Positions 63,244 to 64,000 of a stretch of DNA of 64,000 bases are shown piece by piece (the first letter of the stretch is position 1; each line of letters starts with the position of its first letter). The position numbers were made by a program, and so were the translations under genes. The notes beneath the pieces were generated by a model. It was given only the letters and a program-made list of their open reading frames with translations. It was not told the origin of the DNA and searched no databases. Origin of the DNA: Mytilus californianus (lineage: Eukaryota); assembly GCF_021869535.1 (NCBI RefSeq), contig NW_026262604.1, forward strand, positions 63,364,001-63,428,000, given 5' to 3'.

Positions 63244-64000
63244 TAAGACCACGTTTCATATCTACTAGTATATAAATGTTTTATGTATTAAACTGAATGA
63301 TTAAGTCGTATCATAAAACATAAACATATAGAATTAAAAATCCCTAAGCTTGTATTATCAAAATCTACCGAACATATACTGTTATCAAATTGTTGTCATC
63401 CCATTCTCTCATAATTACCTGACAGCTTTTCGTATGCAGTTACCATAACATAAACCCTCTCATAGAAACTCTGCAATCGTACTGCGTAAGTGCGAAGAAA
63501 AAGCCGTAATGAAAGAAAAAGAAAACACACACGAAAATAAAGCAGTATTCGCCGATTCTGAAAGAAAATATTTCATGTGCGCAGTTTTTAACGCATGTTT
63601 CTCACGACGAGCGCGTGGTCCTCATCTTGAAAACTGTTATGAAAAAGTTTGATATTTACATTATGTGTAATTTTCATACGAATCCGTACCTTTGATTGGC
63701 TGACAACAATCGGGAGACATTCCAAAATTATATTCTATTTCTCAATAAAATGCAACTTTCATGACAGCTCGTGCTTCCCATGACAATGTCACAACAATGC
63801 ATAGGAAAACAAAAGAAAAGCTTGATATAACTTATTATTTGAAGGTTGTAGCATACACTAGTAATCATAAGACTTGAATGCTACTTTTTTATAATTTTGT
63901 AGGATATCAAAAGCGTCCACCGTGCGCACATATATATAAATTACAAAAAAGAGGCATTCAATTTGGAATAAAACCCAAATGGGAACGCGTGTAAAATATA

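Overview
AT-rich, repeat-dense animal DNA. The repeat families and gene content suggest a bivalve mollusc, probably a mussel (Mytilus-like); this is inference. Host genes are all on the minus strand: two paralogous RING-less TRIM-like genes (two B-boxes, coiled coil, beta-propeller) with intact single-exon CDSs, interleaved with a decaying VMO1-like cluster. That cluster has one three-coding-exon copy with a premature stop, one partial copy with a frameshift, and three orphan copies of coding exon 1 embedded in a 5.9-kb 31-bp satellite. Main highlights: (1) a near-full-length, decayed Naiad-type Penelope-like retroelement (N-terminal GIY-YIG, CxC linker, C-terminal RT) with TGA codons at expected Cys positions and a canonical type II SECIS in its 3' UTR, i.e. 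a selenoprotein-coding retroelement, plus a second family with a sequence-unrelated SECIS of the same fold; (2) a complete 4.6-kb Ginger-type DNA transposon (91-bp TIRs, TATA TSD) with an intact five-exon 579-aa transposase that the ORF track misses; (3) the 31-bp satellite unit has single-copy relatives just upstream of VMO1 exon 1, suggesting local birth of a satellite that then amplified an exon. All alignments, translations and folds were done by eye; no database search was possible.
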